Of a stretch of 43,880 nt of DNA, positions 1 to 10,250 are shown piece after piece (the first letter of the stretch is position 1; each line of letters begins with the position of its first letter). The stretch is from a virus (lineage: Duplodnaviria; Heunggongvirae; Uroviricota; Caudoviricetes): the IMG/VR virus record IMGVR_UViG_2877948078_000004, one strand, 5' to 3'. The notes beneath the pieces were generated by a model. It saw nothing but the letters and a program-made list of their open reading frames with translations. It made no database searches and was not told where the DNA came from. Position numbers and translations under genes: made by a program.

Positions 1-97
1 AAAATAATCTCGGTGTGAGATGCTTTACGTCTTCCAAGCCCCCTTCCTTGCCGTAAATGGAAAGATACATCTAATTATAGAATTTATATGTTTTACC

Positions 98-673
98 CTA
101 CGGCAGTGCTGGCCATTCAATATCCTGTGCAGTTGACGTATCAACACGGTTCAGCAACACCCGATACTTTTTCCAGGCTTCCAGCAATGAGGTTTCTTCC
201 TCCGTTGCGATTTCCAGATCTACAGCATCCTGAAGTGGCGCAATATGCTCACTGGCTACCTGCATCAGGCTGTTTTTTGTTTCTTCCGCCTCTCGGATCC
301 GGAACAGTTTTTCTGCTTCTGCATCTTTCACCCAGGCTGTGCCGTTCCACTTCTGAAACTCCCCTTCCGGCGATAACCAGGTAACATTTTCCGGTAACGG
401 ACCGAGTTCAGAAATAAATAACGCGTCCCCTGACGCTACGTCATAAACCGTTTTACCCCGATGGTCTTCAACGAGATGCCACGATGCCTTATCACTGTTG
501 AAAACAGCCACAAAGCCAGCAGGAATATCTGGTGGTGCAATATCGGTACTGTTTGCTGGCAGACCTGTATGAGGCGGAATATATGCGTCACCTTCACCAA
601 TAAATTCATTAGTTCCGGCCAGCAGATTATAAATTTTTATGGTCCGTGGTTGTTCACTCATTCTGAATGCCAT
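98..673 (-). CDS. tfa: Tail fibre assembly protein (lambda Tfa-like)
   Basis: 191 aa translation recognisably lambda Tfa-like ([21 protein letters not shown]...); immediately downstream of stf on the same strand with 1-nt overlap. Confidence 0.85.
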   Translation of the reverse strand: MAFRMSEQPRTIKIYNLLAGTNEFIGEGDAYIPPHTGLPANSTDIAPPDIPAGFVAVFNSDKASWHLVEDHRGKTVYDVASGDALFISELGPLPENVTWLSPEGEFQKWNGTAWVKDAEAEKLFRIREAEETKNSLMQVASEHIAPLQDAVDLEIATEEETSLLEAWKKYRVLLNRVDTSTAQDIEWPALP

Positions 674-3612
674 TATGCAAGCCTCACAATATAGTTAAAT
701 GCGATGTTTTTGACGGTGTTTTCCGCGTTACCAGCAGCGTTAACGGTGATGGTGTGTCCATGTGAACCAATCGCAACGGAGTGCGTATGAGCACCAATAC
801 CGACAGTATGCGCGTGTGCACCTGCAGATGCTGCTGTGCCGGACAGTGAATGGCTATGATTACCATCTGTACTGGTATTCGCTAACCACCCCGTAGACAT
901 ACCTACTGAGCCTTGTACACCCCAGGTATTTTGACCTGAGCTTGTATAACCATATTGATAAGTATCTTTAAAAACACTGGGGTTAAATCGACGGCCATCT
1001 CTATGGCTGTGATTACCAGCTGCATTCGTGCTGCCACTTAAACTATGGGTATGCGCACCAGTGTTATTCGTGGATTTAGTGCCGTAATCAAACGACGATG
1101 TGGTTTTCGTCCCCAAATCCGTACTGGATGCGCTGGCGCTGTGGGTATGCGATTTAATGCCGTCCTGTTCCTGAGACAATACGGCCCGACCACTGGCAGG
1201 TTTGCCCTTAATCGTCCAGCCACGCATATCAGGGATCACGCCTGACGGATAAGCGGCTGCAAGTTTCGGGTATGCAGATTTGTCAAAAGTCTGCCCCTGC
1301 ATCAGGGCATAGCCAGACGGAACGGTATCTGATGGCCACGGGATTGGTGCACCGACTGGATAAAACTCTGCAGGAGGATGAGCCGAGGTGTAAAGCTGCG
1401 CCCACGGCGACCAGTTTGCGTCGGTCGTATCCCGTCGTGAACGAATAAATGCCGGAGCATGAGCACCGCTTGTACCACTCCAGCCGATGAGTAACTCACC
1501 TTCGCCAACGGCTGACATCCCTTTCAGGTGAATGATATTTCCATACGCTGTTGGATATCCGTTGTTATACACCTCGTATAACTCAAGACCTGCTGCCCCC
1601 TGCGTATTGTCTGTCAGCGCGGCTACCCGACCTTTTGAAGCCAGATTAACTGATGATACTGCTGTTCCACCTGACGGTAACGCCCCGATCTCTGATGCCG
1701 TTGGCTTATTTCTGGAGTTATAGTCCCTTCGCCAGCCAGGTGAATAATCTGTTCCGTGATTAATATAGGTAAACTGGGCGTTGGTTGTTCCGCCACCGCT
1801 GGATGTGGTCGGAGTGGTAATGCGGATCGTCATCGCTGACTTTATCCCCATTACTTCAATGACAGCTCCGGCGAGATGAATATTACCGCAGTCAGTATCA
1901 GTAATGATTTTATTATTGCCATAAGACCAGGAACCCTTGCACATCCAGTAGGGATGGTTAAATGCTCCCTGAGAATCCAGCCACTCGATAAACTGTGCAG
2001 TCGTCCAGTTTCCTGTTGTTGTGCTTACTGACCCACCGAAGGCACGGCAGGCACCAATATTTTTCGTAAAGGTGTCTTTGCCAGGGATATCCGCACCGTT
2101 CTGATCTTTCTGCAGACGTTTCTCGGCATTGTCATAGGCTGTTTTTACTGCCTTTGGTGTCGCTGCAAGCGTTTCAGATGTGCTGTTGGTCGCACTGCTG
2201 AGCTGTACTATCCCCTTTTTCGTCGTGCTCGCATCCTCAAGCGCCACGGCGGATGCAATATCCTCTGCCCGTTTTGCCGCTGTCTCAGCGCGCGTTGCTG
2301 CAGATTCCGCCGTACTTTTGCTCTGAGCTGCTGCCGTCGCACTACCAGCTGCCTCTGTCGCCTTCGTGGATGCCGTCGTGGCGCTGCCTTTCGCTGCTGA
2401 TGCCTGTCTGGTCGCCTCATCTTTTGAAGCAGACGCAGATGATGCCGATGACGCCGCCGAACTGGCGGACGATGCAGCTGCCGTTTTTGAGGATTCTGCA
2501 CTGGTTTCCGACGCTTTCGCGTTCGTTTCGGATGTCTTCGCTGCGGATGCAGACCTCGCTGCTGCGCTGGCCTGTTCAGCGGCTTCGCCAGCCTTCGTTG
2601 TGGCTGTTGAAGCGGACAATGCAGCGCTTTCTGCCGATTTTCCGGCGGCAGTGGCACTGGCTGAGGCCTGCCCGGCACTTGTTGACGCGGCACTGGCAGA
2701 TGATGCAGCCGCTGTTTTTGAGCCTGCCGCAGCTGAGGCACTCTGTCCCGCTGCCGTTTCAGAAGACTTAACGTTCGTCTCGGACGTTTTTGCCGCCTTC
2801 GCAGAATTTGCTGCCGCCGTTGCCGAGGAAGCTGCGCTGCTGGCGCTTGATGATGCGTTCGTTTCTGATGATTTTGCCGCCTCTTTTGAAGCCGACGCAT
2901 CCCGGGCTGAGGTGGCAGCTTCTGACGCTTTCGTGGTCGCGGTGGATGCAGAAGTGGCTGCTGATTGTTGTGACGCTGCAGCATTCGTTTCAGACGTTTT
3001 CGCGGCACCGGCACTGGTGGCCGCCGCGCTTTTTGAGGACTCTGCAGCGGCAGCACTTTTTGATGCTTCAGTGGCCTTTGCTGATGCCGTTCCTGCGCTG
3101 GAAGACGCTGACTGAGCCGACGACGCGGCCTGTCCGGCTGACGTGCTGGCTGCGCGTGCTGAGCCTGCAGCATCAGTCGCATGGGTTGCCGCCTCACGGG
3201 CTGATGTGCTGGCATCGCTGGCTGACTTCTTCGCGGCTGCCGTGTTCTGTGCCACCGCGGACGCGTTACGCGCCACCTCTTCCACCATCAGCTCAAAACG
3301 GCGCAGTGCCTCCGGACGGGCATCATCCTCAGTCATGGCACCGAGAAAATCATTCAGCGTACCGGGTCGGGAATCTTCATACACGGTAATGGTCCCGGCA
3401 TGTGATGGCGGGAATCCCTCCACCAACAGAATAACGCTGTACTGACCGTACTCAACGTCCATGCTGTAACGCCCGGCTTCATCCGGATTTTCTGAGGCAA
3501 GCGTGTTCACCACCACCGTGTTGCTGTTACGTTTTGCTTTCAGCTGGATTGTGCAGTTCTGTACCGGTTTTCCTGTGCCGTCTTTCAGTACACCTGAAAT
3601 CTTTACTGCCAT
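673..3612 (-). CDS. stf: Side tail fibre protein (lambda Stf-like) with expanded Ala/Ser/Thr-rich repeat region
   Basis: N-terminus [26 protein letters not shown] and C-terminus ...[28 protein letters not shown] match lambda Stf as I recall it. Start placed at the ATG giving MAVKIS with GGGGTG RBS (track ORF begins 6 nt upstream on GTG at 3618). Confidence 0.85.
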   Translation of the reverse strand: MAVKISGVLKDGTGKPVQNCTIQLKAKRNSNTVVVNTLASENPDEAGRYSMDVEYGQYSVILLVEGFPPSHAGTITVYEDSRPGTLNDFLGAMTEDDARPEALRRFELMVEEVARNASAVAQNTAAAKKSASDASTSAREAATHATDAAGSARAASTSAGQAASSAQSASSSAGTASAKATEASKSAAAAESSKSAAATSAGAAKTSETNAAASQQSAATSASTATTKASEAATSARDASASKEAAKSSETNASSSASSAASSATAAANSAKAAKTSETNVKSSETAAGQSASAAAGSKTAAASSASAASTSAGQASASATAAGKSAESAALSASTATTKAGEAAEQASAAARSASAAKTSETNAKASETSAESSKTAAASSASSAASSASSASASKDEATRQASAAKGSATTASTKATEAAGSATAAAQSKSTAESAATRAETAAKRAEDIASAVALEDASTTKKGIVQLSSATNSTSETLAATPKAVKTAYDNAEKRLQKDQNGADIPGKDTFTKNIGACRAFGGSVSTTTGNWTTAQFIEWLDSQGAFNHPYWMCKGSWSYGNNKIITDTDCGNIHLAGAVIEVMGIKSAMTIRITTPTTSSGGGTTNAQFTYINHGTDYSPGWRRDYNSRNKPTASEIGALPSGGTAVSSVNLASKGRVAALTDNTQGAAGLELYEVYNNGYPTAYGNIIHLKGMSAVGEGELLIGWSGTSGAHAPAFIRSRRDTTDANWSPWAQLYTSAHPPAEFYPVGAPIPWPSDTVPSGYALMQGQTFDKSAYPKLAAAYPSGVIPDMRGWTIKGKPASGRAVLSQEQDGIKSHTHSASASSTDLGTKTTSSFDYGTKSTNNTGAHTHSLSGSTNAAGNHSHRDGRRFNPSVFKDTYQYGYTSSGQNTWGVQGSVGMSTGWLANTSTDGNHSHSLSGTAASAGAHAHTVGIGAHTHSVAIGSHGHTITVNAAGNAENTVKNIAFNYIVRLA

Positions 3613-3621
3613 ATTCACCCC

Positions 3622-3649
3622 ACAAAAAAGCCCGCCTGAACCGGCGGGC
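3622..3649 (-). terminator. Intrinsic terminator-like hairpin between lom and stf
   Basis: On - strand: GCCCGCC-GGTTCA-GGCGGGC stem-loop followed by TTTTTTGTGG. Confidence 0.5.
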
Positions 3650-3676
3650 TGTCATAACACTGTGTTACCTGGCTAA

Positions 3677-4276
3677 TCAGAATTTATAACCGACACCCAC
3701 GATGAAACCGTCAGTGCGCCAGTCACCACTGCCGGAGCCTTCATAAGCAATATCAATGGCCACGGATTCGGTCGGGTTAAACTGCACGCCAGCCCCCCAC
3801 GCCAGAGACGTGTTGCTGTGGCGACCGTCATCACTTCCGGTCAGCACATCGTGCTTTTTCCCCTTGTTGTCAGTTACGCGAAGATAATCCCCGGAGAAAG
3901 TCGACACACGGCTGTAAGCTACACCCGCCATCGCATACGCGCTGAACCATTCATTCACGGGCACAGACGGCCCCGCCATTACGCTGAACCAGCGGTTACG
4001 AACGGAATCTTCATGCCAGCGGGTATCGCTGTAACGGGTCAGCTGGCGATTCTTGTCTCCTGCATAGCTGAATGACGTCACCAGCCCCAGTGTGTCCGTA
4101 AACTCATAACGGTATTTCACGTTAATCCCGTTCAGATCATCACTGCCGGGGACGTTCGTCGAGGCATGAAGATACCCCGCGCTCAGCGTGGACTGATGTT
4201 CAGACGCCCATGCAGGCGCACCGGATACGGCCAGACAAATGGCTGCGGACAAAATTGCTGCACAAACTTTACGCAT
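3677..4276 (-). CDS. lom: Outer membrane protein Lom (Ail/Lom family), lysogen-expressed moron
   Basis: 199 aa with signal peptide (MRKVCAAILSAAICLAVSGAPAWA) and beta-barrel-like C-terminus ending GYKF; sequence recognisably lambda Lom; sits between J and stf as in lambda. Confidence 0.9.
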   Translation of the reverse strand: MRKVCAAILSAAICLAVSGAPAWASEHQSTLSAGYLHASTNVPGSDDLNGINVKYRYEFTDTLGLVTSFSYAGDKNRQLTRYSDTRWHEDSVRNRWFSVMAGPSVPVNEWFSAYAMAGVAYSRVSTFSGDYLRVTDNKGKKHDVLTGSDDGRHSNTSLAWGAGVQFNPTESVAIDIAYEGSGSGDWRTDGFIVGVGYKF

Positions 4277-4298
4277 AATTACCTCTCGCTTTTCTGCA

Positions 4299-4324
4299 AT
4301 AAAAAAGGCGTCATTCCTGACGCC
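4299..4324 (-). terminator. Intrinsic terminator-like hairpin between J and lom
   Basis: On - strand: GGCGTCA-GGAA-TGACGCC followed by TTTTTTATT. Confidence 0.5.
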
Positions 4325-4346
4325 CTTTATTGGGGTTATAAATATT

Positions 4347-7300
4347 TCAACGAATACTGATGCCGGAAGCGGCTTTTTTGGTCACAATCACCGTACAGTC
4401 GGTGATATTGCCTGCCCCCTGATTGCCTTTCTGGAAAATCTTAAACTCCAGAGTGACGCTTCCCCTGCCACTCGGCATATCAATAACTGCACTGTAACTA
4501 CCGGGAATGGCCCCTTTAGTTTCTCTGGATGCGATTAATACGCCGTTTTTGCGAACTTCAAAACCATAACCCGTGTATCGCGTGCCTCCTGGGTTATTTC
4601 CGCTCCCCGGATCGTCATACGCTATACCGTTAAAAATAATGGGCGGAATAATAATCTGGCGGTCAAAGTTATGATCATCGCTGATGGTGACTGTAACCGT
4701 ACCGTTTGGTGTTTCCGTGTTACCCCACGTACCGACTTTTTTCGGGAAGGCTTTTGATACAGCTTTAACGAAATCTCCTCTGACCTGGGTCGCCTCCAGC
4801 ATGCCCTTAATCGTACAGTTCTGGTTAATCGTGACATTGTTGAGCGTTCCTGAGTTCGCATTCACACTGCCACTGATATCCGCATTTTTCGCCGTCAGTC
4901 TCCCGTCTGATGTCAGGGAAAATGCCGGAGGATTACCGCCGCTGGTAATGGTGGGGGCCGTCAGGCGTTTCAGGAACACTTCATTCATGAATATCTGATC
5001 GCCCTGACCAACAAACATCGGCTTTGTGTTGCCATTCGCAGGATTAATCATCGCAATCCTGTCTGCTGCCAGCAGCACCTGACTCTGCATGCCGTCAGGG
5101 GTGTTCTCAATACCGGCACCGATACCCGCAATATAAAGGCGTCCGTCCTGCATCTGCTGCAGCTTCACTGCCCACATGCTGTTCAGGTTATTATTTGTAT
5201 CAACCTGAACCTTCTGTATCTGCTGGATCGCTGCACTCTGGTCTTCCAGTTTCTTATTGACGGTCTGTGTTATTTCATTGCTGACATCCGTTATGGACGT
5301 CCTGATTTCAGTCAGGTCAGGCGCAAGCTGACCGTTATCAATCTGCGTCCACAGCTCCTGAGCCAGATGGGTTTTCCCTATCTCGCCTTTGAAAAAATCC
5401 AGATAGCCTGATGCATCATCACTCGGCTGACCGACAGCCTCCACGAATGCCGATTTGCCAACGGTGTTCACACTGCGAACGTAAAAATAATAATCATGGC
5501 CCGGTTTGATATTGATACTGGCGGCTATCCAGTACAGTGCCGTACCAAGATAACGCGCGCTGGTTTCAACCTGCCTGATATCCGCAATCCGTTTTTCCGA
5601 GAACCAGAACTCAAACTGTACCGTCGGGTCATAAACCGCAAGATGCGGCGTGGCGGTTATCTGAAAATAGCCCGGCGTCAGCTCAATCCGCGACGGCGCT
5701 GCCGGTGCGGCAATCCGGAACGATACCGACGCCGGATCGCCCTGCTGCCCCCACGCATTTACTGCCCGGACTGTCAGCCTGTAGTTCCCCAGAGCCAGTT
5801 GTGTGAAGCGGTAAGTGGTTTCCGTCGTCCGGGCCGTGCTGACCAGCCGCTCACGGCCGTCATCCGCTGCCACGGTCAGGCGAAGCAGGAAGCTCACGCC
5901 CTTCACCACCTTCGGCGTGTCCCAGCGCGCCAGCACCTGGTATTCCCCGCTGTCTGCGGTGACTTCTGCGGTCAGGTGCTGCACCGCTGGCGGCGTGACA
6001 CCATTTACCGTGCCGCTCTGGTCGCCGTCAAAGTGCGCCCCGTTATCCACGATGGCCTCTTTTTCCGGTACATGCTGCACGGCGGTGATGGCATACGTGC
6101 CGTCGTCGTTCTCACGGATACTCACGCAGCGGAACAGGCGCTGGCGCAACGTCGGCAGCTTCAGCCCCCATACGCTGTATTCAGCAACGCCGTCAGGAAC
6201 ACGGCTCACTTTCACCTTCACGCCGTCGGTGACGGACTGAACCTCCACGCTGACCGGACTCCCCTGCCCGTCAACCAGGCTTATCAGCGTGGTGCCGGAA
6301 GATGGCAGCGTGATTTCACGGTCGAGCGTCAGCGTCCGGGTCTGGCTGTTTACCGCCAGCACGCGCCCGCCGGTGCTGATACCGGCATAGTCATCATCGC
6401 AGATTTCAATGACATCGCCCGGTACATGGCGAAGCCCTTCGGCACCCACGCTGAAGTCCACGGTCTGCGTTTCCAGCAGTTCTGTTTTAATCAGCCACAG
6501 CCCGGCGCGGTGTGCCTGCCCCCGGCTGGTACAGCCAAAAGCATCCATCTTCGTGACGTTACGACCGTAACGGGCAATGGCCTGCGTGTCCTCCACAAGC
6601 TCTGTCGCCGTCTCCCAGCCGTTATTCGGGTCAATCCAGTTCACCTCAACGGCATTATGGCGGTCCTTCAGGGCGCTGAAGCTGTAGCGGAACGGCGCAC
6701 CATCATCCGGCATCACCACATTACTGCGGTTATAGGTCCACACCTTATCCGACGGTCGGTCCTGCACGAACGTCAGCGTCTGCCCGTTCCATACCGGCAT
6801 ACAGCGCATCGCAGAGCAGAAATCACTGAGCACATCCCACGCCTTGCGCTGTGTGGTCAGGTACGCATTACAGGTGATGCGCGGCTCCGTGCCGCCAAAA
6901 CCGTCCGGCACCGACTGATCGCAATGCTGGCCGATGACATACAGCGCCCATTTGTCCACATCCGCCGCACCAAGACGTTTCCCCATGCCGTAGCGCGGAT
7001 GGGTCAGCATATCCCACAGACACCAGGCCATGTTGTTGCTGTATGCTGGCTTAAACGTTCCGTCCCAGATACCGCTGTATTGCCGCGTCTGCGGGTTATA
7101 GTTCGACGGCACCTGCAGAATGCGCCCGCGCAGATGATAATTACGGCTCACCTGCTGGCTGCCGAACTGCTCCGAATCCACCTGCACGCCGACCAGTGCC
7201 GTGTTCGGGTAGCACTGTTTCACATCGATGATTTCGGTGTATGACGACCAGAGCGTTTTGTTCTGCAGCTGGTCTGTGGTGCTGTCCGGCGTCATCCTGC

Positions 7301-7844
7301 GCATCCGTATATTGAACGGGCGCGGCGGCAGGTTACCCACCACCACCGAGGCCAGATACTGCGAGGTGGTTTTGCCCTTAATGGTGATGTCTTTTTCCGT
7401 CACCCAGCCACCATTACGCTGGATCTGAACCAGCAGGCGGACTTCCGACGGATTCCGGTCCCCCTTTGAGGTGGTTTCCACCAGTGCCTGCACGCCGAAG
7501 GTAAAGCGCAGACGGTCGATGTTTGCAGACGTAATGGTGCGGGTGATCGGCGTGTCATATTTCACTTCCGTACCCAGCACCGTCTCGGAGCCGGAGGATT
7601 CAAACCCCTCCGGCGGTGTCTGCTCCTGCTCACCGGCACGGAACACCACCGTGACACCGGAGATGTTGGTATTCCCCTCAGTGTCCAGCACCGGCGTACT
7701 GTTCAGCAGCACGCTTTTTAATCCATCCACCGGACCTTCAACCGGCCCTTCGCTGATGGCATCGATCACACTCAGCAGCTGCGTGGACTTCAGGTTGTCC
7801 TTCGCTTCGCGCGGGGTATGCCCCTTACTGCTGCCTTTACCCAT
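4347..7844 (-). CDS. J: Tail tip host-specificity protein J (central tail fibre)
   Basis: 1165 aa; N-terminus [41 protein letters not shown] and long internal stretches match lambda J as I recall it. Confidence 0.95.
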   Translation of the reverse strand: MGKGSSKGHTPREAKDNLKSTQLLSVIDAISEGPVEGPVDGLKSVLLNSTPVLDTEGNTNISGVTVVFRAGEQEQTPPEGFESSGSETVLGTEVKYDTPITRTITSANIDRLRFTFGVQALVETTSKGDRNPSEVRLLVQIQRNGGWVTEKDITIKGKTTSQYLASVVVGNLPPRPFNIRMRRMTPDSTTDQLQNKTLWSSYTEIIDVKQCYPNTALVGVQVDSEQFGSQQVSRNYHLRGRILQVPSNYNPQTRQYSGIWDGTFKPAYSNNMAWCLWDMLTHPRYGMGKRLGAADVDKWALYVIGQHCDQSVPDGFGGTEPRITCNAYLTTQRKAWDVLSDFCSAMRCMPVWNGQTLTFVQDRPSDKVWTYNRSNVVMPDDGAPFRYSFSALKDRHNAVEVNWIDPNNGWETATELVEDTQAIARYGRNVTKMDAFGCTSRGQAHRAGLWLIKTELLETQTVDFSVGAEGLRHVPGDVIEICDDDYAGISTGGRVLAVNSQTRTLTLDREITLPSSGTTLISLVDGQGSPVSVEVQSVTDGVKVKVSRVPDGVAEYSVWGLKLPTLRQRLFRCVSIRENDDGTYAITAVQHVPEKEAIVDNGAHFDGDQSGTVNGVTPPAVQHLTAEVTADSGEYQVLARWDTPKVVKGVSFLLRLTVAADDGRERLVSTARTTETTYRFTQLALGNYRLTVRAVNAWGQQGDPASVSFRIAAPAAPSRIELTPGYFQITATPHLAVYDPTVQFEFWFSEKRIADIRQVETSARYLGTALYWIAASINIKPGHDYYFYVRSVNTVGKSAFVEAVGQPSDDASGYLDFFKGEIGKTHLAQELWTQIDNGQLAPDLTEIRTSITDVSNEITQTVNKKLEDQSAAIQQIQKVQVDTNNNLNSMWAVKLQQMQDGRLYIAGIGAGIENTPDGMQSQVLLAADRIAMINPANGNTKPMFVGQGDQIFMNEVFLKRLTAPTITSGGNPPAFSLTSDGRLTAKNADISGSVNANSGTLNNVTINQNCTIKGMLEATQVRGDFVKAVSKAFPKKVGTWGNTETPNGTVTVTISDDHNFDRQIIIPPIIFNGIAYDDPGSGNNPGGTRYTGYGFEVRKNGVLIASRETKGAIPGSYSAVIDMPSGRGSVTLEFKIFQKGNQGAGNITDCTVIVTKKAASGISIR

Positions 7845-7904
7845 TCCTCACGCTCCATAAATGACAAAACCGCCCGCAGGCGGTTTCACATAAAACATTT
7901 TGCA

Positions 7905-8576
7905 TCAGCGACCAATCACCACAACCTGACCACCGTCCCCTTCGTCTGCCGTGCTGATCTCCTGAGAAACCACGCGAGACCCCACGCGCATTTCCCCGTA
8001 CAGAACAGGCAGAACATTGCCCTGGGCAACCATGTTATCCAGTGAGGAGAAATAGGTGTTCTGCTTACCGTTATCCGTTGTCTGTGTACGGGGAGTTCTG
8101 GCTTTCGGTGCCAGCATCTGCGCCACACCACCGAGCACCATACTGGCACCGAGAGAAAACAGGATGCCGGTCATACCACCGGTCCCAATGGCTGCCCCCC
8201 ATGCTGCAAGGGTGGCTCCGGCGGTAAAGAATGATCCGGCAATGGCGGCAGCCCCCAGGACAATCTGGAATACGCCACCTGACTTGGCCCCGGCGACTCT
8301 GGGAACAATATGAATCACAGCGCCATCAGGCAGAGTCTCATGTAACTGCGCCGTTAACCCGGACGTGCTGACGTCCCGCCCGGCAATCCGTACCTGATAC
8401 CAGCCGTCGCTCAGTTTCTGACGAAACGCCGGGAGCTGTGTGGCCAGTGCCCGGATGGCTTCAGCCCCCGTTTTCACACGAAGGTCGATGCGGCGACCAA
8501 ATCGTTGTAAATCCCCGTAAAGGCAGATGCGCGCCATGCCCGGTGACGCCAGAGGGAGTGTGTGCGTCGCTGCCAT
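7905..8576 (-). CDS. I: Tail assembly protein I
   Basis: 223 aa, lambda I-like (MAATHTLPLASPGMARICLYGDLQRFGRRIDL...); overlaps K 3' end as in lambda. Confidence 0.9.
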   Translation of the reverse strand: MAATHTLPLASPGMARICLYGDLQRFGRRIDLRVKTGAEAIRALATQLPAFRQKLSDGWYQVRIAGRDVSTSGLTAQLHETLPDGAVIHIVPRVAGAKSGGVFQIVLGAAAIAGSFFTAGATLAAWGAAIGTGGMTGILFSLGASMVLGGVAQMLAPKARTPRTQTTDNGKQNTYFSSLDNMVAQGNVLPVLYGEMRVGSRVVSQEISTADEGDGGQVVVIGR

Positions 8577-9217
8577 TTGTCGGTGTACCTCTCTCGTTTG
8601 CTCAGTTGTTCAGGAATATGGTGCAGCAGCTCGCCGTCGCCGCAGTAAATTGCGGCGTGATTCGGCACTGATGAACCAAAACAGCACAGCAGCACATCGC
8701 CCGGCTGTGCCGCTGACAACGGCACCTGATACAGCCCCGTCGCCTCCAGATTATCCAGATAGAGATTCTGGCCGTTACGCCACCAGTCATCCTCACGATA
8801 AAAGTCCGGCATCTCAATCCCCGCCAGATGATAAGCATCCCGGAACAGTGTGTAACAGTCCGTCACACCGTGCTCAAAGCGCCGCCCGGTGAGATGCGGC
8901 ACACAGCGGAACTTATGAATCGTCCCCCGGCAGACCAGCCACCACGGCAAATCACTCTGCACCTGCAGCCGCCGGTCGGCCTCACTCAGCCAGGGCAGAC
9001 CACCGGGGTGGCTGTGGACCAGCGCCACAATCTCACCCTGCATTTCTGCCTGCAGCCAGTCTTCCGGCGACATACGGAAATACGCCTCCGGCTCACCGGA
9101 GATATTCACGCAGGGAAAATATCTTTCCCCCTCCGGCGTGCTTACCACGAAGCCGCACGACTCCGCTGGCGCACATCGCCGGGCGTGCGCCAGAATCGCT
9201 GATTCTGTCTGTGTCAT
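8474..9217 (-). CDS. K: Tail assembly protein K (NlpC/P60 + JAB/MPN-type)
   Basis: Lambda K-like sequence (…HSHPGG…, C-terminal NlpC/P60-like region). ORF begins directly after L stop at 9217; the classical lambda annotation starts at the internal Met (MSPEDWLQ, coordinate 9073), so the start is ambiguous. Confidence 0.85.
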   Translation of the reverse strand: MTQTESAILAHARRCAPAESCGFVVSTPEGERYFPCVNISGEPEAYFRMSPEDWLQAEMQGEIVALVHSHPGGLPWLSEADRRLQVQSDLPWWLVCRGTIHKFRCVPHLTGRRFEHGVTDCYTLFRDAYHLAGIEMPDFYREDDWWRNGQNLYLDNLEATGLYQVPLSAAQPGDVLLCCFGSSVPNHAAIYCGDGELLHHIPEQLSKRERYTDKWQRRTHSLWRHRAWRASAFTGIYNDLVAASTFV

Positions 9218-9222
9218 GGGAT

Positions 9223-9921
9223 TTACTGCGAAAGTTTGTTAATGGAAAGGAAGCCGCCAAAGTTGCCGACGTTATTGCGGAACTTACAACCGCTCAGGCA
9301 TTTGCTGCATTTATCCTTCGTGATATCGGACGTTGGCTGGTCATATTCATCCGCGACAGCCGGACCGCTATAACCGCACTCGTCACCGCGATAGGTCCAG
9401 GTGCAGGTGTTGGCCAGCATGATACGTCCCGGAAAAACAGCGCCATCCGTTTCCGTCGGCGTGGACAGTACAAAGGAGGCACTCACCGCGCTCAGTTCGC
9501 TGCACTGCTCAATGCGCCAGCGGCTGATCACCTCCTGCTCCGGATCGGCGTAACTGTTTCCGTTGACGAAGTTCACCGCATCCAGAAAACGGGCGTAAAC
9601 CTTACGCCGGACCACCGTTCCGCCGACCAGACTCTGCATATCTTCCGCCATCCCGGTGACCATACCGTACAGGTTAGAAACCGTCAGCGTGGGGCGCGTA
9701 CTGGTGCCTTTGCCATTCAGTTCAAAACCGCTCCCCTGAATGGGATACGGCTGATACTGTCGCCCCTGCCAGGTGACCGGCTCACCTTTTTCGTTCTGCT
9801 CATTACAGAAAAAATAACGTTCTCCACCGACCTCTGTCAGGTCGATTTCCCAGAGCACCACGCTGGCCGACTGCTCCGCACGGGTGCATTCATTCAGTGT
9901 TTCCTGCCGGATATCCTGCAT
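9223..9921 (-). CDS. L: Tail tip protein L
   Basis: 232 aa, lambda L-like (MQDIRQETLNECTRAEQSASVVLWEIDLTEVGGERYFFCNEQNEKGEPVTWQGRQYQPYPIQGSGFELNGKGTS...). Confidence 0.9.
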   Translation of the reverse strand: MQDIRQETLNECTRAEQSASVVLWEIDLTEVGGERYFFCNEQNEKGEPVTWQGRQYQPYPIQGSGFELNGKGTSTRPTLTVSNLYGMVTGMAEDMQSLVGGTVVRRKVYARFLDAVNFVNGNSYADPEQEVISRWRIEQCSELSAVSASFVLSTPTETDGAVFPGRIMLANTCTWTYRGDECGYSGPAVADEYDQPTSDITKDKCSKCLSGCKFRNNVGNFGGFLSINKLSQ

Positions 9922-10250
9922 CAGTTCACCACCTGTTCAAACTCTGCGCTGAACTCAACACGCAACATACTGACCCGCGACGACCATTTTGCGCAGGTCA
10001 CCTTTATCTGCCGCCACTCATAAGGCGGCGTCCACAGAAAGGATTTCCAGCCCCCGTGCTCTTCCAGAAACGACTCCAGTACCGTGGCCTCCTCACGGGG
10101 GACAGAAAGCGTCACGCTGTACGTTTTCAGGTTGGCATTCAGCCCGGCAGGCGCTCGCTGAGAATAGCCATCACCAAAGCGCACCTTTCTTACAGAAGGG
10201 ACCGAAGCCACATCCATACCGGGTTTCACTTTCCAGCGGAAGGTCTTCAT
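9921..10250 (-). CDS. M: Tail tip protein M
   Basis: 109 aa, lambda M-like (MKTFRWKVKPGMDVASVPSVRKVRFGDGYSQRAP...). Confidence 0.9.
   Translation of the reverse strand: MKTFRWKVKPGMDVASVPSVRKVRFGDGYSQRAPAGLNANLKTYSVTLSVPREEATVLESFLEEHGGWKSFLWTPPYEWRQIKVTCAKWSSRVSMLRVEFSAEFEQVVN

Noticed and set aside
88-384. 98-aa + strand ORF at the left edge
   Set aside because: Antisense to tfa; no RBS; composition atypical.
2208-3389. Several long ORFs (335 aa on - strand, 249 and 199 aa on + strand) overlapping stf
   Set aside because: Alternative-frame and antisense artefacts of the repetitive GC-rich Ala/Ser-coding tract of stf; Arg/Gln/Pro-rich or poly-Ala/Asp low complexity without start signals.
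5496-7244. 582-aa ORF on the + strand (plus another at 5815..6240)
   Set aside because: Lies entirely antisense within J, whose identity is unambiguous; Arg/Pro-rich composition typical of antisense frames of GC-rich coding DNA.
9211-10023. 270-aa + strand ORF overlapping L and M
   Set aside because: Antisense to well-supported lambda L/M genes.
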